A stretch of 24,000 nt of DNA from Actinomycetes bacterium (lineage in GTDB: Bacteria; Actinomycetota; Acidimicrobiia; Acidimicrobiales; Acidimicrobilacustridaceae), in assembly GCA_037138595.1 (NCBI GenBank), contig JBAXIB010000016.1, forward strand, positions 58,909-82,908, written 5' to 3'. The notes beneath the pieces are model-generated. The model was not told the DNA's origin. It saw only the letters and a list, made by a program, of their open reading frames with translations, and made no database searches. A program made the translations under genes and the position numbers. Positions within the stretch are counted from its first letter, which is position 1. Every line of letters begins with the position of its first letter. This document shows positions 1 to 7,639 of this stretch, piece by piece.

Positions 1-600
1 GCCGGCCAGCCAAAGTCGCCATGCGAGGTCTATGCCCGCGAACGGCTGGTCAAGCCCGAGGTCAAACGAATTGACCCCATCGAGTTCAGCTCGACGTGCT
101 ACCCATGCGTGGCCAGCAATCATTGTGCGTTCCGTGAGCGGCCGTTGCCCCACTGCTGGGGTTGGCCCGGCCGGAACCACCGGAAGCGGATGACCGGTAA
201 AGCACAGTCCGGGCGATAAAGCCGGTACTCGAACTCCATCTGGTCCCGAGACGGTGCCAGCGATGATTGCCGCACCGTGCTCACGATCAAGCGCGGCGAG
301 TGCGCGCCCGACCCAATCCTGATCCACCGATACGCCCGCGCGGACATACACAATGCGTTCGGCGCGTGTTGCCGCGATTCCCCGGGCCAATGCATCGCCA
401 TGAGTCGCCCCGGGGGCATCAATGACAACATGACCTGAAGTCACCCCTTGAATAGTTGAGCTGTTGGCCACCACGATGACCTGCACCGGAGCACCGTCAA
501 TCACCATGGTGGCAGCAGCCGACAGCGTGTGTTCAATGCCGCTCGCCGATCCAGTGGCGTCAACCAGCAGCGCTACTGATGGTCGTCGCACGCTACTCAT
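1..600 (-). CDS. GT2-like glycosyltransferase homologue, partial (N-terminal 200 aa; C-terminus lies beyond the left edge). Acidic signature residues are substituted, so it may be a pseudo-enzyme.
   Basis: This ORF is not in the supplied track because it runs off the window. Manual translation from the ATG at 600..598 is open through position 1: MSSVRRPSVALLVDATGSASGIEHTLSAAA...VQVIVVANSS...ERIVYVRAGVSVDQDW...FAGIDLAWRLWLAG. By eye it is collinear with the two bona fide GT2 proteins in this window (14373..15386 and 11124..12194). Its start overlaps the wzt stop (ATGAGTAG), which suggests translational coupling. Confidence 0.6.
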   Translation of the reverse strand, partial: MSSVRRPSVALLVDATGSASGIEHTLSAAATMVIDGAPVQVIVVANSSTIQGVTSGHVVIDAPGATHGDALARGIAATRAERIVYVRAGVSVDQDWVGRALAALDREHGAAIIAGTVSGPDGVRVPALSPGLCFTGHPLPVVPAGPTPAVGQRPLTERTMIAGHAWVARRAELDGVNSFDLGLDQPFAGIDLAWRLWLAG

Positions 601-1891
601 TATTTGTGTCGCCTGACCGCGACGCGGGGTCACCACCATCGCTCGCTCGATCTGCAGATCCGTTTGCTCGAATGGTTTCTGCCCCATCAGGTTGCGCCGT
701 CCAGCGGCCGCCAAGTGACATCACCCCGCCGAAAGTTTCATGAGGAATCCCAGCATCAACATCGAACCGAACGGCACGCTGACGAAAATCGAAAGGATGC
801 ACGACCGCGTAGTCATACAACGATGCCGAGATGTCATAGGTGCCGGGCAACAGCATCATCTTGTCGATCGACAGGTCGACTACGCCGGCGCCGTGAATCA
901 CATCAGGCACGAGTCCCGCCTCTCGCGTATTTGGCCCGGTGACCAACACGCCTTCGATATTAAAAATGGCGAGACCAAACACGGGGCGCTCAACTGGCTC
1001 ATCAGCGTGATACCGAACGCGAATCGTGACCGTTTCACCGGTATGCAAACGATTGGTCTCGCGACCGTTCACGTCAAGCAATTGAATGTCATCAATTTGT
1101 GCTTCGCCCGAGCCCCAACGCGCACCGCGCCCATCGGGTTCAGCGCCGGTTTGTCGATCGGTTTGCACCTCAGCGAGATAGTGGTCGACGACCTCGCCAG
1201 CTGGACCCGACATGCGGACCCTTCCATGTTCGAGCCACGCCAGTTCGTCACAGATCGTGCGCATGAGGCCAAGCCCGTGCGAAACCACGACGATGGTTTT
1301 GTCCTGAGCTCGTAGCTCCGCGAATTTTTCGTTGCATCGACGCTGAAACTGTTCGTCACCGACGGCCAAGACTTCGTCCACCAATAACACATCAGGTTCG
1401 ACATTGATGGCGACAGAAAACCCCAACCGCACGTACATCCCCGACGAATAGTTCTTAACTGGCGTGTCGATGAATTGTTCGAGGCCAGCGAACTCAACGA
1501 TGTCGTCGTATTTGCGATCGATATCTTTCGATCCCAACCCGAGGATTGCTCCATTCAGGTAAATGTTTTCCTTCCCTGAGAGTTCTGGGTGGAAACCCGC
1601 TCCAAGTTCAAGGAGCGCAGATATTTTGCCATTCACGGTAATCGACCCAGATTCGGGACGCAGAATGCGGGCCATGCATTTGAGCAGCGTGCTTTTCCCG
1701 GAGCCATTCTCTCCGATCAGTCCGAAGGTCGTGCCAGCCGGAACGACGAGTGATACATCGTCGAGCGCCTGAAACTCCTCATAGCGCGCACGACGCCCAC
1801 GCATCAACGTGGCCTTCAAGCTCTGATTCCGATCGTGATACAACCGAAACATTTTGCTGACATTTGCCACGGTGACCGCAGGTTCACTCAT
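593..1891 (-). CDS. wzt: Polysaccharide ABC exporter ATP-binding protein (Wzt/TagH type) with a C-terminal glycan-binding-like extension
   Basis: Walker A GENGSGKST, signature YSSGM, Walker B VLLVDE and H-loop SHG are all present. After the NBD there is a ~140-aa beta-rich extension (IDDIQLLDVNGRETNRLHTGETVTIRVRY...LLPGTYDISASLYDY...RAVRFDV) typical of Wzt C-terminal domains. I chose the start at MSEPAVTV (ATG 1891..1889) because it overlaps the wzm stop (TGATG). The tracked ORF extension to 1993 would lie inside wzm. Confidence 0.9.
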   Translation of the reverse strand: MSEPAVTVANVSKMFRLYHDRNQSLKATLMRGRRARYEEFQALDDVSLVVPAGTTFGLIGENGSGKSTLLKCMARILRPESGSITVNGKISALLELGAGFHPELSGKENIYLNGAILGLGSKDIDRKYDDIVEFAGLEQFIDTPVKNYSSGMYVRLGFSVAINVEPDVLLVDEVLAVGDEQFQRRCNEKFAELRAQDKTIVVVSHGLGLMRTICDELAWLEHGRVRMSGPAGEVVDHYLAEVQTDRQTGAEPDGRGARWGSGEAQIDDIQLLDVNGRETNRLHTGETVTIRVRYHADEPVERPVFGLAIFNIEGVLVTGPNTREAGLVPDVIHGAGVVDLSIDKMMLLPGTYDISASLYDYAVVHPFDFRQRAVRFDVDAGIPHETFGGVMSLGGRWTAQPDGAETIRANGSADRASDGGDPASRSGDTNNE

Positions 1892-2784
1892 CAGAGTTCC
1901 TCCGCCAAACGCGCTTCGAATTTTCGAAATACGACCATCCCAATGACTACGACGCCGAGTGACCATACGGTCACGTATGCCACTTGACTCCACCGCGGAA
2001 ATTGCAGGTCATACAGCATCGAACGGAAAATTTGCACAAACGAGAGCATGGGATTCAATACATAGATCGTCTTTACCCACGGCGGAATTCCGTGACTATC
2101 GGTCACCGTAGTAATCGGATAAATAATCGGCGTCAGGTAGAACCACAATTGGAGACCGATGCCGACGAGGTACTGCAGGTCGCGAAAATACACATTGAGC
2201 ACCGACAGCATCAGGCCGATACCCGTCACGAACAACGTCATCAAGACCATGGCGAGAATGATCCCGAGTATCCATGGCAGCACCATGTTGCCGAGTATTA
2301 GCAAGAACACCATCATGAGACCCATCTCGATGACGAAGCTCCAGTCGAGTGCCAAGACCGTGGCATAAACCAAAATTTCGCGAGGGAAATAGACCTTTTT
2401 GATCAGCCCGGCGTTGCCTAGCAGCGCCACCATCGAGCCATTCATCCCATTGGCCAAGAAGTTCCACGCCAATAATCCGCAGAGCAAGAATGCCGGATAG
2501 TTGTTCAACCCGCTTGGACTCGTCGTCGGTGAAATACCGATCAGCCGGCCGAAAACGACCGAAAAGATCACCATCGTCGCCAACGGATTAAGCAGCGACC
2601 ACGACCAGCCCAAAACTGATCGTTTGTACTTCCCCCGCAGCTCGCGCAACGTGAGGTTGACCAGGAGGTCCCGAGATTGGGTCAGGTCAGCCAATGGATT
2701 CATCGAGCGGGGTGCCTCCAGCAGGGCCAGGTCAGGGCGAGACACCGATCCAAGATTTCGGAACGGTACGCGCATGTCAAGCAC
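1891..2784 (-). CDS. wzm: ABC-2 type polysaccharide exporter permease (Wzm/TagG type)
   Basis: The N-terminal motif LTLRELRGKYKRSVLGWSWSLLNPL is followed by about 6 hydrophobic segments, and the gene sits directly upstream of wzt with start/stop coupling. The start is uncertain: GTG 2784, ATG 2775 or ATG 2703 (MNPLADL). Confidence 0.85.
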   Translation of the reverse strand: MLDMRVPFRNLGSVSRPDLALLEAPRSMNPLADLTQSRDLLVNLTLRELRGKYKRSVLGWSWSLLNPLATMVIFSVVFGRLIGISPTTSPSGLNNYPAFLLCGLLAWNFLANGMNGSMVALLGNAGLIKKVYFPREILVYATVLALDWSFVIEMGLMMVFLLILGNMVLPWILGIILAMVLMTLFVTGIGLMLSVLNVYFRDLQYLVGIGLQLWFYLTPIIYPITTVTDSHGIPPWVKTIYVLNPMLSFVQIFRSMLYDLQFPRWSQVAYVTVWSLGVVVIGMVVFRKFEARLAEEL

Positions 2785-2850
2785 GGCTAGTCAATCACAG
2801 GACCGCTACTAGCCCGGAACATCGCCCCAGTGGCCGGTAGCGTGGTCCTC
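2785..2850. promoter_or_regulatory. Overlapping dyad symmetries in the wzm / GT-B divergent intergenic region (candidate operator or 5' leader structure)
   Basis: GGCTAGT (2785..2791) pairs with ACTAGCC (2808..2814). AGGACCGCTAC (2799..2809) pairs with GTAGCG-TG-GTCCT (2837..2849), giving 11 bp with a 2-nt bulge. The two pairings share bases 2808..2809, so they are mutually exclusive. The second ends 4 nt before ATG 2854. Confidence 0.2.
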
Positions 2851-2853
2851 TGC

Positions 2854-5463
2854 ATGCGAATACTGACCGTTTCTGCCCATTACCCACCCAACTTCGTCAG
2901 CGGCGGCACATTGCAGCCCCAACGCATAAGCCAAGGCCTGCGAGATCTCGGCCATGAAGTGAGTGTGTACGCCGGTTGGATCGGTGATCGGACGCCACTT
3001 GAGAGTTGGAACGACTACGACGAGACCGGCATGGCCATTCAGTGGGTGGTGAGCTCACCGTGGATCGGATGGTCCGACGAACGTAATTGGCTCAACCCGG
3101 AAATTGGCAATCACTTTCGGAACCACATCGAACAACTCAAGCCCGACATCGTTCACTTTCATGCCTTGCAGTCGCTCGGAGCGGGGTTGTTGCCGATCGC
3201 GAAATCGATCGGGGCACAAGTGGTCGTCACTATGCATGACTTTTGGTGGCTCTGTTCGCGTCAGTTCTTAGTAAGTCCGCAACTCACACCCTGCAGCCTT
3301 GTGGTTGAAGCAGGCACATGCCAGTGCGAAGTGGATATCGCATGGCGATCGAACCGTGCGGCCAAACTCGCGACGCTGCTCGAATCGGCAGACTTGGTGT
3401 TAGCGCCGTCAGCATCAGCAACCCGAGTACTCGCGGCTAACGGTGTGGCACCGCATCGACTGCACGTCGACGAAAACGGATTGCCGAGCGAGGTTGTTGT
3501 TCGACTGCGCGCTCCGCGTCAACAAAACGAAGCCACCAATAAATCAGACACGGTTCGATTTCTTTACGCCGGCGGACCGAATGTGATGAAGGGCGCTGGT
3601 GTCTTGGTCGAAGCCGTGAATCGCATTTCGGATAGCGCTGCCTGGCACCTCAGCGCCTATGGACTCCAGGCCTATCTCGATACGTCAGGTGCATCAGTTG
3701 ATCACGCAGTCGTAGACGTCATCGACTCGTTTGACCCTGATCGCCTTGGCGATGTGTTAGCTGCCCATGACGTGTTGTTACTCCCATCGATCATGCGTGA
3801 GACACACTCGTTGCTCACCCGCGAGGCACTCGCGGCAGGCCTTCCGGTGATCTGCACCGATACCCTCGGGCCTGAGGAAGTCATTACCCACGGAGTCAAT
3901 GGTCTCGTCATCCCTGCCGCAGACCCCGCTGCACTTGCTGGTGCTATCGCCCGATTAACAAACGATCCGAAGGTGCTTAGCGAACTACAACGAGGCGCGT
4001 TGGACCCGGTGGCGGCGCGGTCGCTCGACGAACAAGTACGCGGCCTCGATGCATTGTTTTCCCGACTCATCGACGACGGCCCTACCACTGCTCGATCGAG
4101 CCAACTACGCGTGTTGTTCATCGTCGGCATTGACGGCGCCCCCCTTCGCTATCGGGCGCGGTTACCGGCCGAGGGCCTTGCCCACCTTGGAGTGCCCAGT
4201 GAGGTCCGTCACTATCGAGATCCGGAACTTCTCGCACTCGGCTCGAACGCCACCGTTATCGTTTTTTATCGGGTTCCCGCAACGATCCAAGTGCTCGATC
4301 TGATCGAGTCATTCCATCGCCAAGGACTCGTCTGCATCTTCGATGTCGATGACCTCATTTTTGACCCAACGATCAGCGATGAGATCCCCGCTCTTCGATT
4401 GCTCGCGCCTGATGAAGTCACGCTTTGGCGCCAAGGAATCGACCGCTATCGCACGACGCTTGAAGCATGCGATGCCTTTATTGGCAGCACGCCGATGCTC
4501 GTCGAACGCGCCGCCAAAGTTACCGGTCTGCCCGCTTATCATTTCGCCAATGGAGTTGGCATCGCCCTGGCACGACGCAGCGATGTCGAATTGAAGCGAC
4601 CCCGCAAAGACGGCCCGCTGCGGATCGGCTATCTCAGCGGGACTACAACCCACGATGAAGACTGGTTTTCAATCGAACCAGCCGTCATCGAAGTCCTCGA
4701 CCAGCTTCCCGACGTTGAGCTCTGGCTTGGTGGACACCTCCCCGAAAGCGATGCGCTCAAACGATTCGGTGCACGAGTCATCCGACTGCCGTTTGTGTCA
4801 TGGCTTGAACTTCCGGCAATTCTCCGCGACCTTGACGTCAACGTGTCGCCGCTTGCGCCGGACAGTCGATTCAATGAAGCAAAAAGTGCAATCAAATGGC
4901 TCGAAGCGGCGCTTTGCGCGACGCCGACAATCGCTAGCCCCACTCTTCCGTTTCGCGATGCCATTTCTGACGGCAACACCGGGCTCCTCGCTAGCACTCA
5001 CCACCAATGGACCGAAGCACTCACGCGATTGTTGAGCGACGAATCCGAGCGCAGCCGCATCGGTGGTTTGGCCCGAAGGCACGCGCTTCTCGAATGGGCA
5101 CCTGCCCTCCAAGGTGAGCGCTACCGGGTAATTCTCGAAGCCGCGCTCGCAGCCGGACCAAATCCAGCCCGAACCACCGAGTCGCGGTGGCAACCAGTCG
5201 CACTTGATGAACCCTCAATGCCCAACCAACTCGAGTCGTATCCAAGCGCCGATGATTCCGCTGAACCGCTGCTCAACCGAGACAACGGCAACCTTCACCT
5301 GTCGATCAGCACTGCCACCAGTGACATCGTGCGCGGCACGCTCATGACGCGCATCGTGAGGCTTTACCACAAAGCGCTCAGCACCCTTCGGAGCGAAGGG
5401 CTTGCGATCACCGTGCGAAAATCTCAAGCGAAGCTCCGGTCCCGATACGGTGCCCGTCCATGA
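2854..5463 (+). CDS. Two-module GT-B glycosyltransferase (N-terminal GT4-like module plus a second GT1/GT4-like module), a candidate glycan polymerase
   Basis: Module 1: MRILTVSAHYPPNFVSGG..., HFHAL, and LLLPSIMRETHSLLTREALAAGLPVICTD (EX7E). Module 2 starts around LRVLFIVGIDGAPLRYR and contains ...SRFNEAKSAIKWLEAALCATPTIAS.. The C-terminal tail is basic and amphipathic (RIVRLYHKALSTLRSEGLAITVRKSQAKLRSRY). I preferred ATG 2854 over the tracked GTG 2830. Confidence 0.8.
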   Translation: MRILTVSAHYPPNFVSGGTLQPQRISQGLRDLGHEVSVYAGWIGDRTPLESWNDYDETGMAIQWVVSSPWIGWSDERNWLNPEIGNHFRNHIEQLKPDIVHFHALQSLGAGLLPIAKSIGAQVVVTMHDFWWLCSRQFLVSPQLTPCSLVVEAGTCQCEVDIAWRSNRAAKLATLLESADLVLAPSASATRVLAANGVAPHRLHVDENGLPSEVVVRLRAPRQQNEATNKSDTVRFLYAGGPNVMKGAGVLVEAVNRISDSAAWHLSAYGLQAYLDTSGASVDHAVVDVIDSFDPDRLGDVLAAHDVLLLPSIMRETHSLLTREALAAGLPVICTDTLGPEEVITHGVNGLVIPAADPAALAGAIARLTNDPKVLSELQRGALDPVAARSLDEQVRGLDALFSRLIDDGPTTARSSQLRVLFIVGIDGAPLRYRARLPAEGLAHLGVPSEVRHYRDPELLALGSNATVIVFYRVPATIQVLDLIESFHRQGLVCIFDVDDLIFDPTISDEIPALRLLAPDEVTLWRQGIDRYRTTLEACDAFIGSTPMLVERAAKVTGLPAYHFANGVGIALARRSDVELKRPRKDGPLRIGYLSGTTTHDEDWFSIEPAVIEVLDQLPDVELWLGGHLPESDALKRFGARVIRLPFVSWLELPAILRDLDVNVSPLAPDSRFNEAKSAIKWLEAALCATPTIASPTLPFRDAISDGNTGLLASTHHQWTEALTRLLSDESERSRIGGLARRHALLEWAPALQGERYRVILEAALAAGPNPARTTESRWQPVALDEPSMPNQLESYPSADDSAEPLLNRDNGNLHLSISTATSDIVRGTLMTRIVRLYHKALSTLRSEGLAITVRKSQAKLRSRYGARP

Positions 5464-6461
5464 GCAACCAATCTCGATCGTTTGAACAGCAACCTTGGTT
5501 GACAGCTATCGATGGCGAGACGATGCGTGGCCTCGAAATTGGGGCGCTCGACAAACCTCGGTTCCCCAAGCACACCTATCGTGTGCAATACGTCGATCAT
5601 GCATCACAGCCTGATTTGCGCGAGAAATACGCCGCCGATGACGCTATGCGCGATCATCTTGACGACATCGTCGAGGTGGACTTCATCTGGAATGGCGAGC
5701 GACCGCTCAGTGACGTCGTCGGCCGCGACAACCGATTCGACTATGTCTTCGCGTCGCATGTCATCGAACATGCACCCGACATGATCGGATGGATGCGCGA
5801 AATCGCCCACGTGCTCAATGACGGCGGTTTGTTGTGCCTTGCCATTCCCGACAAGCGCCTTTGTTTCGACGTCAATCGACCCCTCACCGAAATAGGCGAT
5901 CTTGTCGATGCAAACCTTCGCGAATTGCGCGCACCGGGGTACCGACAGATCTGGGATTTTCACAGCAAAATCGTCGAAGTCGACGCTGCCGCGATGTGGG
6001 CCGGCACCGCCGATTATTCCGGCACGTGGCGATCCGATCTCGACCCCGACCAATGGGCCTATGAGCTATGCCTCAAGTACCAGCAAAGTGGCGAGTACAT
6101 CGATGGGCACTGCCAAGTCTTCACTCCGCGATCATTTCTCGCGGTGTACGAAAAGCTCGTAGCGCTTGACCTCGTCGATTTTGCAATTGCCGAATTTCAT
6201 CCGTCGCAACCTGGAACGATCGAATTTCGCGTCGTCTTTGAAAAGGTCTCCCCGGAATTGCCCGCAGCAGAACGCCGAAGCGCCCAGCTTGCATCGATTC
6301 CAACCTTCGATGACCCGGTTCCTCGACCGTCTGCACTTGCTTCATCGGTGCCGGGACCAGTGCCGTTTCTCGTGACCGGTCGCGAGGAAGCGCTCATCCG
6401 ACGCAAGCGCAAACTCATTGAAGCCATCAGAAAATTGATCCCGAAAACGAACCAAACCTAA
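5460..6461 (+). CDS. SAM-dependent methyltransferase-like protein with a Pro-rich linker and a basic amphipathic C-terminal helix
   Basis: Class I MTase-like core: GLEIGALDKP (motif I-like), FDYVFASHVIEHAPD, LNDGGLLCLAIPD. The C-terminus reads ...PVPRPSALASSVPGPVPF...EEALIRRKRKLIEAIRKLIPK. Its ATG overlaps the stop of the upstream GT (ATGA at 5460..5463). Confidence 0.7.
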   Translation: MSNQSRSFEQQPWLTAIDGETMRGLEIGALDKPRFPKHTYRVQYVDHASQPDLREKYAADDAMRDHLDDIVEVDFIWNGERPLSDVVGRDNRFDYVFASHVIEHAPDMIGWMREIAHVLNDGGLLCLAIPDKRLCFDVNRPLTEIGDLVDANLRELRAPGYRQIWDFHSKIVEVDAAAMWAGTADYSGTWRSDLDPDQWAYELCLKYQQSGEYIDGHCQVFTPRSFLAVYEKLVALDLVDFAIAEFHPSQPGTIEFRVVFEKVSPELPAAERRSAQLASIPTFDDPVPRPSALASSVPGPVPFLVTGREEALIRRKRKLIEAIRKLIPKTNQT

Positions 6462-6519
6462 GGCACTGCAGGTGGTGGCTGCCGACTAGGTAGAAGGTCA
6501 GGCCTGGTCGAAAATCAGG

Positions 6520-7551
6520 TCAGGTCGGGCGACGAAACGGATGGCGTACTCGCACCAATTTGGCGCGTATTCCGTGCAGCATTTCGGCCACGTTGACCTG
6601 CATTTCGATCAACGCCTCAAGCCGGGTTTCGAGGTGAGCGATCTGCGCCTGAACACCTTCGACCTCTCGCTGGATGTGATCGAGACGCGGCACCGTGTCT
6701 TGGCGGCTGACCTCGGTCGAGTCTGCAGCGATAAGTGCAGCGGCGATTGATGCAAAGTCGACGGTGCTTTCCGGAGCAAAACTTCGGTCGCCTACACGCG
6801 GCTCGCCGTTTGAACGCGCAACCACGACGTGACGGTAAAACGGAGCAAGCATTGATCGTTCGGCAAACGACAGATTGTACAACGTGTCATAACTGTTACT
6901 TAACGGCGATAAAGCGGGTCTGGCCTCAAGTTGAAAACGAAGCAGCATCATCACGAGCCAGTCCCATAAGTGCCCGTCACCGATCGTCTCAACCTGCCAG
7001 CCAACGTCTCGAAAAAGCTCAGTGGTCGCGGCAAGATCAGGTAATCCATTGGCGCGGTGTTCATCAAGCTGCGGCTGTTCGGTCCCCAGCGTCAGCAACG
7101 CATAGGTCCGCACTAATTCTTCGACCCCGGCAACTCCGGGAGTATCAAACGGAGCTGCAATGATCACCAGATCTCGCGAAACTCGCTGCAGTTCGGCCAA
7201 GAACGCCGGACGTCCGGCCGGAGGAACATGTTCGAGCACGTCACTACTAACGACCGCGTCGAAACTATCGTCAGCAAATGGCAACCGGGTGCCATCAGCC
7301 TGCGCAACGACCGCGCCTGCAAGCCGTTCAGTGACCACCGTGATGTCGATGCCGATCACCATGAGTTCGCCATCAAACGTATGGAGATGACCCGCACTAT
7401 CACCGACGTCGAGGACACGAATCGGTCCCGGGCCGAGGGAGCTCCGCAAGGCTCGAACAATCGCTCCGTAGCGGCCGTAACGGTCGAAGGAAGTCCATGC
7501 CATCGATGGGAACTCAATTCCGGCTTGCTCGGATCGCACTAATTCGCTCAC
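6520..7551 (-). CDS. Class I SAM-dependent methyltransferase with a C-terminal heptad-like helix
   Basis: IRVLDVGDSAGHL (motif I), DDSFDAVVSSDVLEHVPPAGRPAFLAELQRVSRDLVIIAAPF. The C-terminal ~45 aa (LDHIQREVEGVQAQIAHLETRLEALIEMQVNVAEMLHGIRAKL) look coiled-coil-like. The tracked start is GTG 7551; ATG 7503 (MAWTSFD) is an alternative. Confidence 0.75.
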   Translation of the reverse strand: MSELVRSEQAGIEFPSMAWTSFDRYGRYGAIVRALRSSLGPGPIRVLDVGDSAGHLHTFDGELMVIGIDITVVTERLAGAVVAQADGTRLPFADDSFDAVVSSDVLEHVPPAGRPAFLAELQRVSRDLVIIAAPFDTPGVAGVEELVRTYALLTLGTEQPQLDEHRANGLPDLAATTELFRDVGWQVETIGDGHLWDWLVMMLLRFQLEARPALSPLSNSYDTLYNLSFAERSMLAPFYRHVVVARSNGEPRVGDRSFAPESTVDFASIAAALIAADSTEVSRQDTVPRLDHIQREVEGVQAQIAHLETRLEALIEMQVNVAEMLHGIRAKLVRVRHPFRRPT

Positions 7552-7639
7552 GTCTCAGCTACTCCAAGAGGGGACCAAGTCGTTTCGCAGCGTAGCGGGC
7601 ACGCGCCATGCAAATGACGCCGAATACAAATGTGATTGA

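Noticed and set aside
120-431. Tracked 103-aa minus-strand ORF near the left edge
   Set aside because: It lies in a different frame from the GT2-like reading frame, which is open across all of 1..600 and has recognisable family motifs. Its own sequence is Arg/Pro/Ser-rich with no motif. It is most likely a high-GC shadow ORF.
740-1554. ORFs overlapping wzt in antisense or alternative frames (604..942 +, 740..1315 +, 1069..1554 -, 1563..1772 +)
   Set aside because: They lie entirely within a strongly supported ABC ATPase gene. Their composition is low-complexity and Arg/Ser/His-rich, they have no motifs, and such ORFs are typical of GC-rich DNA.
3702-5245. Minus-strand ORFs inside the 869-aa glycosyltransferase (3702..4130, 4309..4653, 4629..4997, 4798..5193, 5021..5245) and small plus-strand alternative-frame ORFs
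   Set aside because: They overlap a long CDS that carries GT-B motifs along its whole length, and their translated sequences are Ser/Arg/Ala-rich with no recognisable domains.
6462-6524. Direct repeat AGGTCAGG (6495..6502 and 6517..6524) and a short CCTG/CAGG dyad in the 58-bp convergent gap, considered as a terminator or binding site
   Set aside because: The repeat is only 8 bp and partly overlaps the stop codon of the minus-strand methyltransferase. The stem is only 4 bp with no U-tract. This is indistinguishable from chance in GC-rich sequence.
7552-7639. 88-bp gap between the GT-C gene and the methyltransferase, with a GTGA-TTGA-TCAC mini-palindrome, considered as a small RNA or small-ORF locus
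   Set aside because: There is no ORF with a plausible start, the stem is only 4 bp and overlaps the upstream stop codon, and there is no promoter-like element I could defend. It is most simply an intra-operon spacer.
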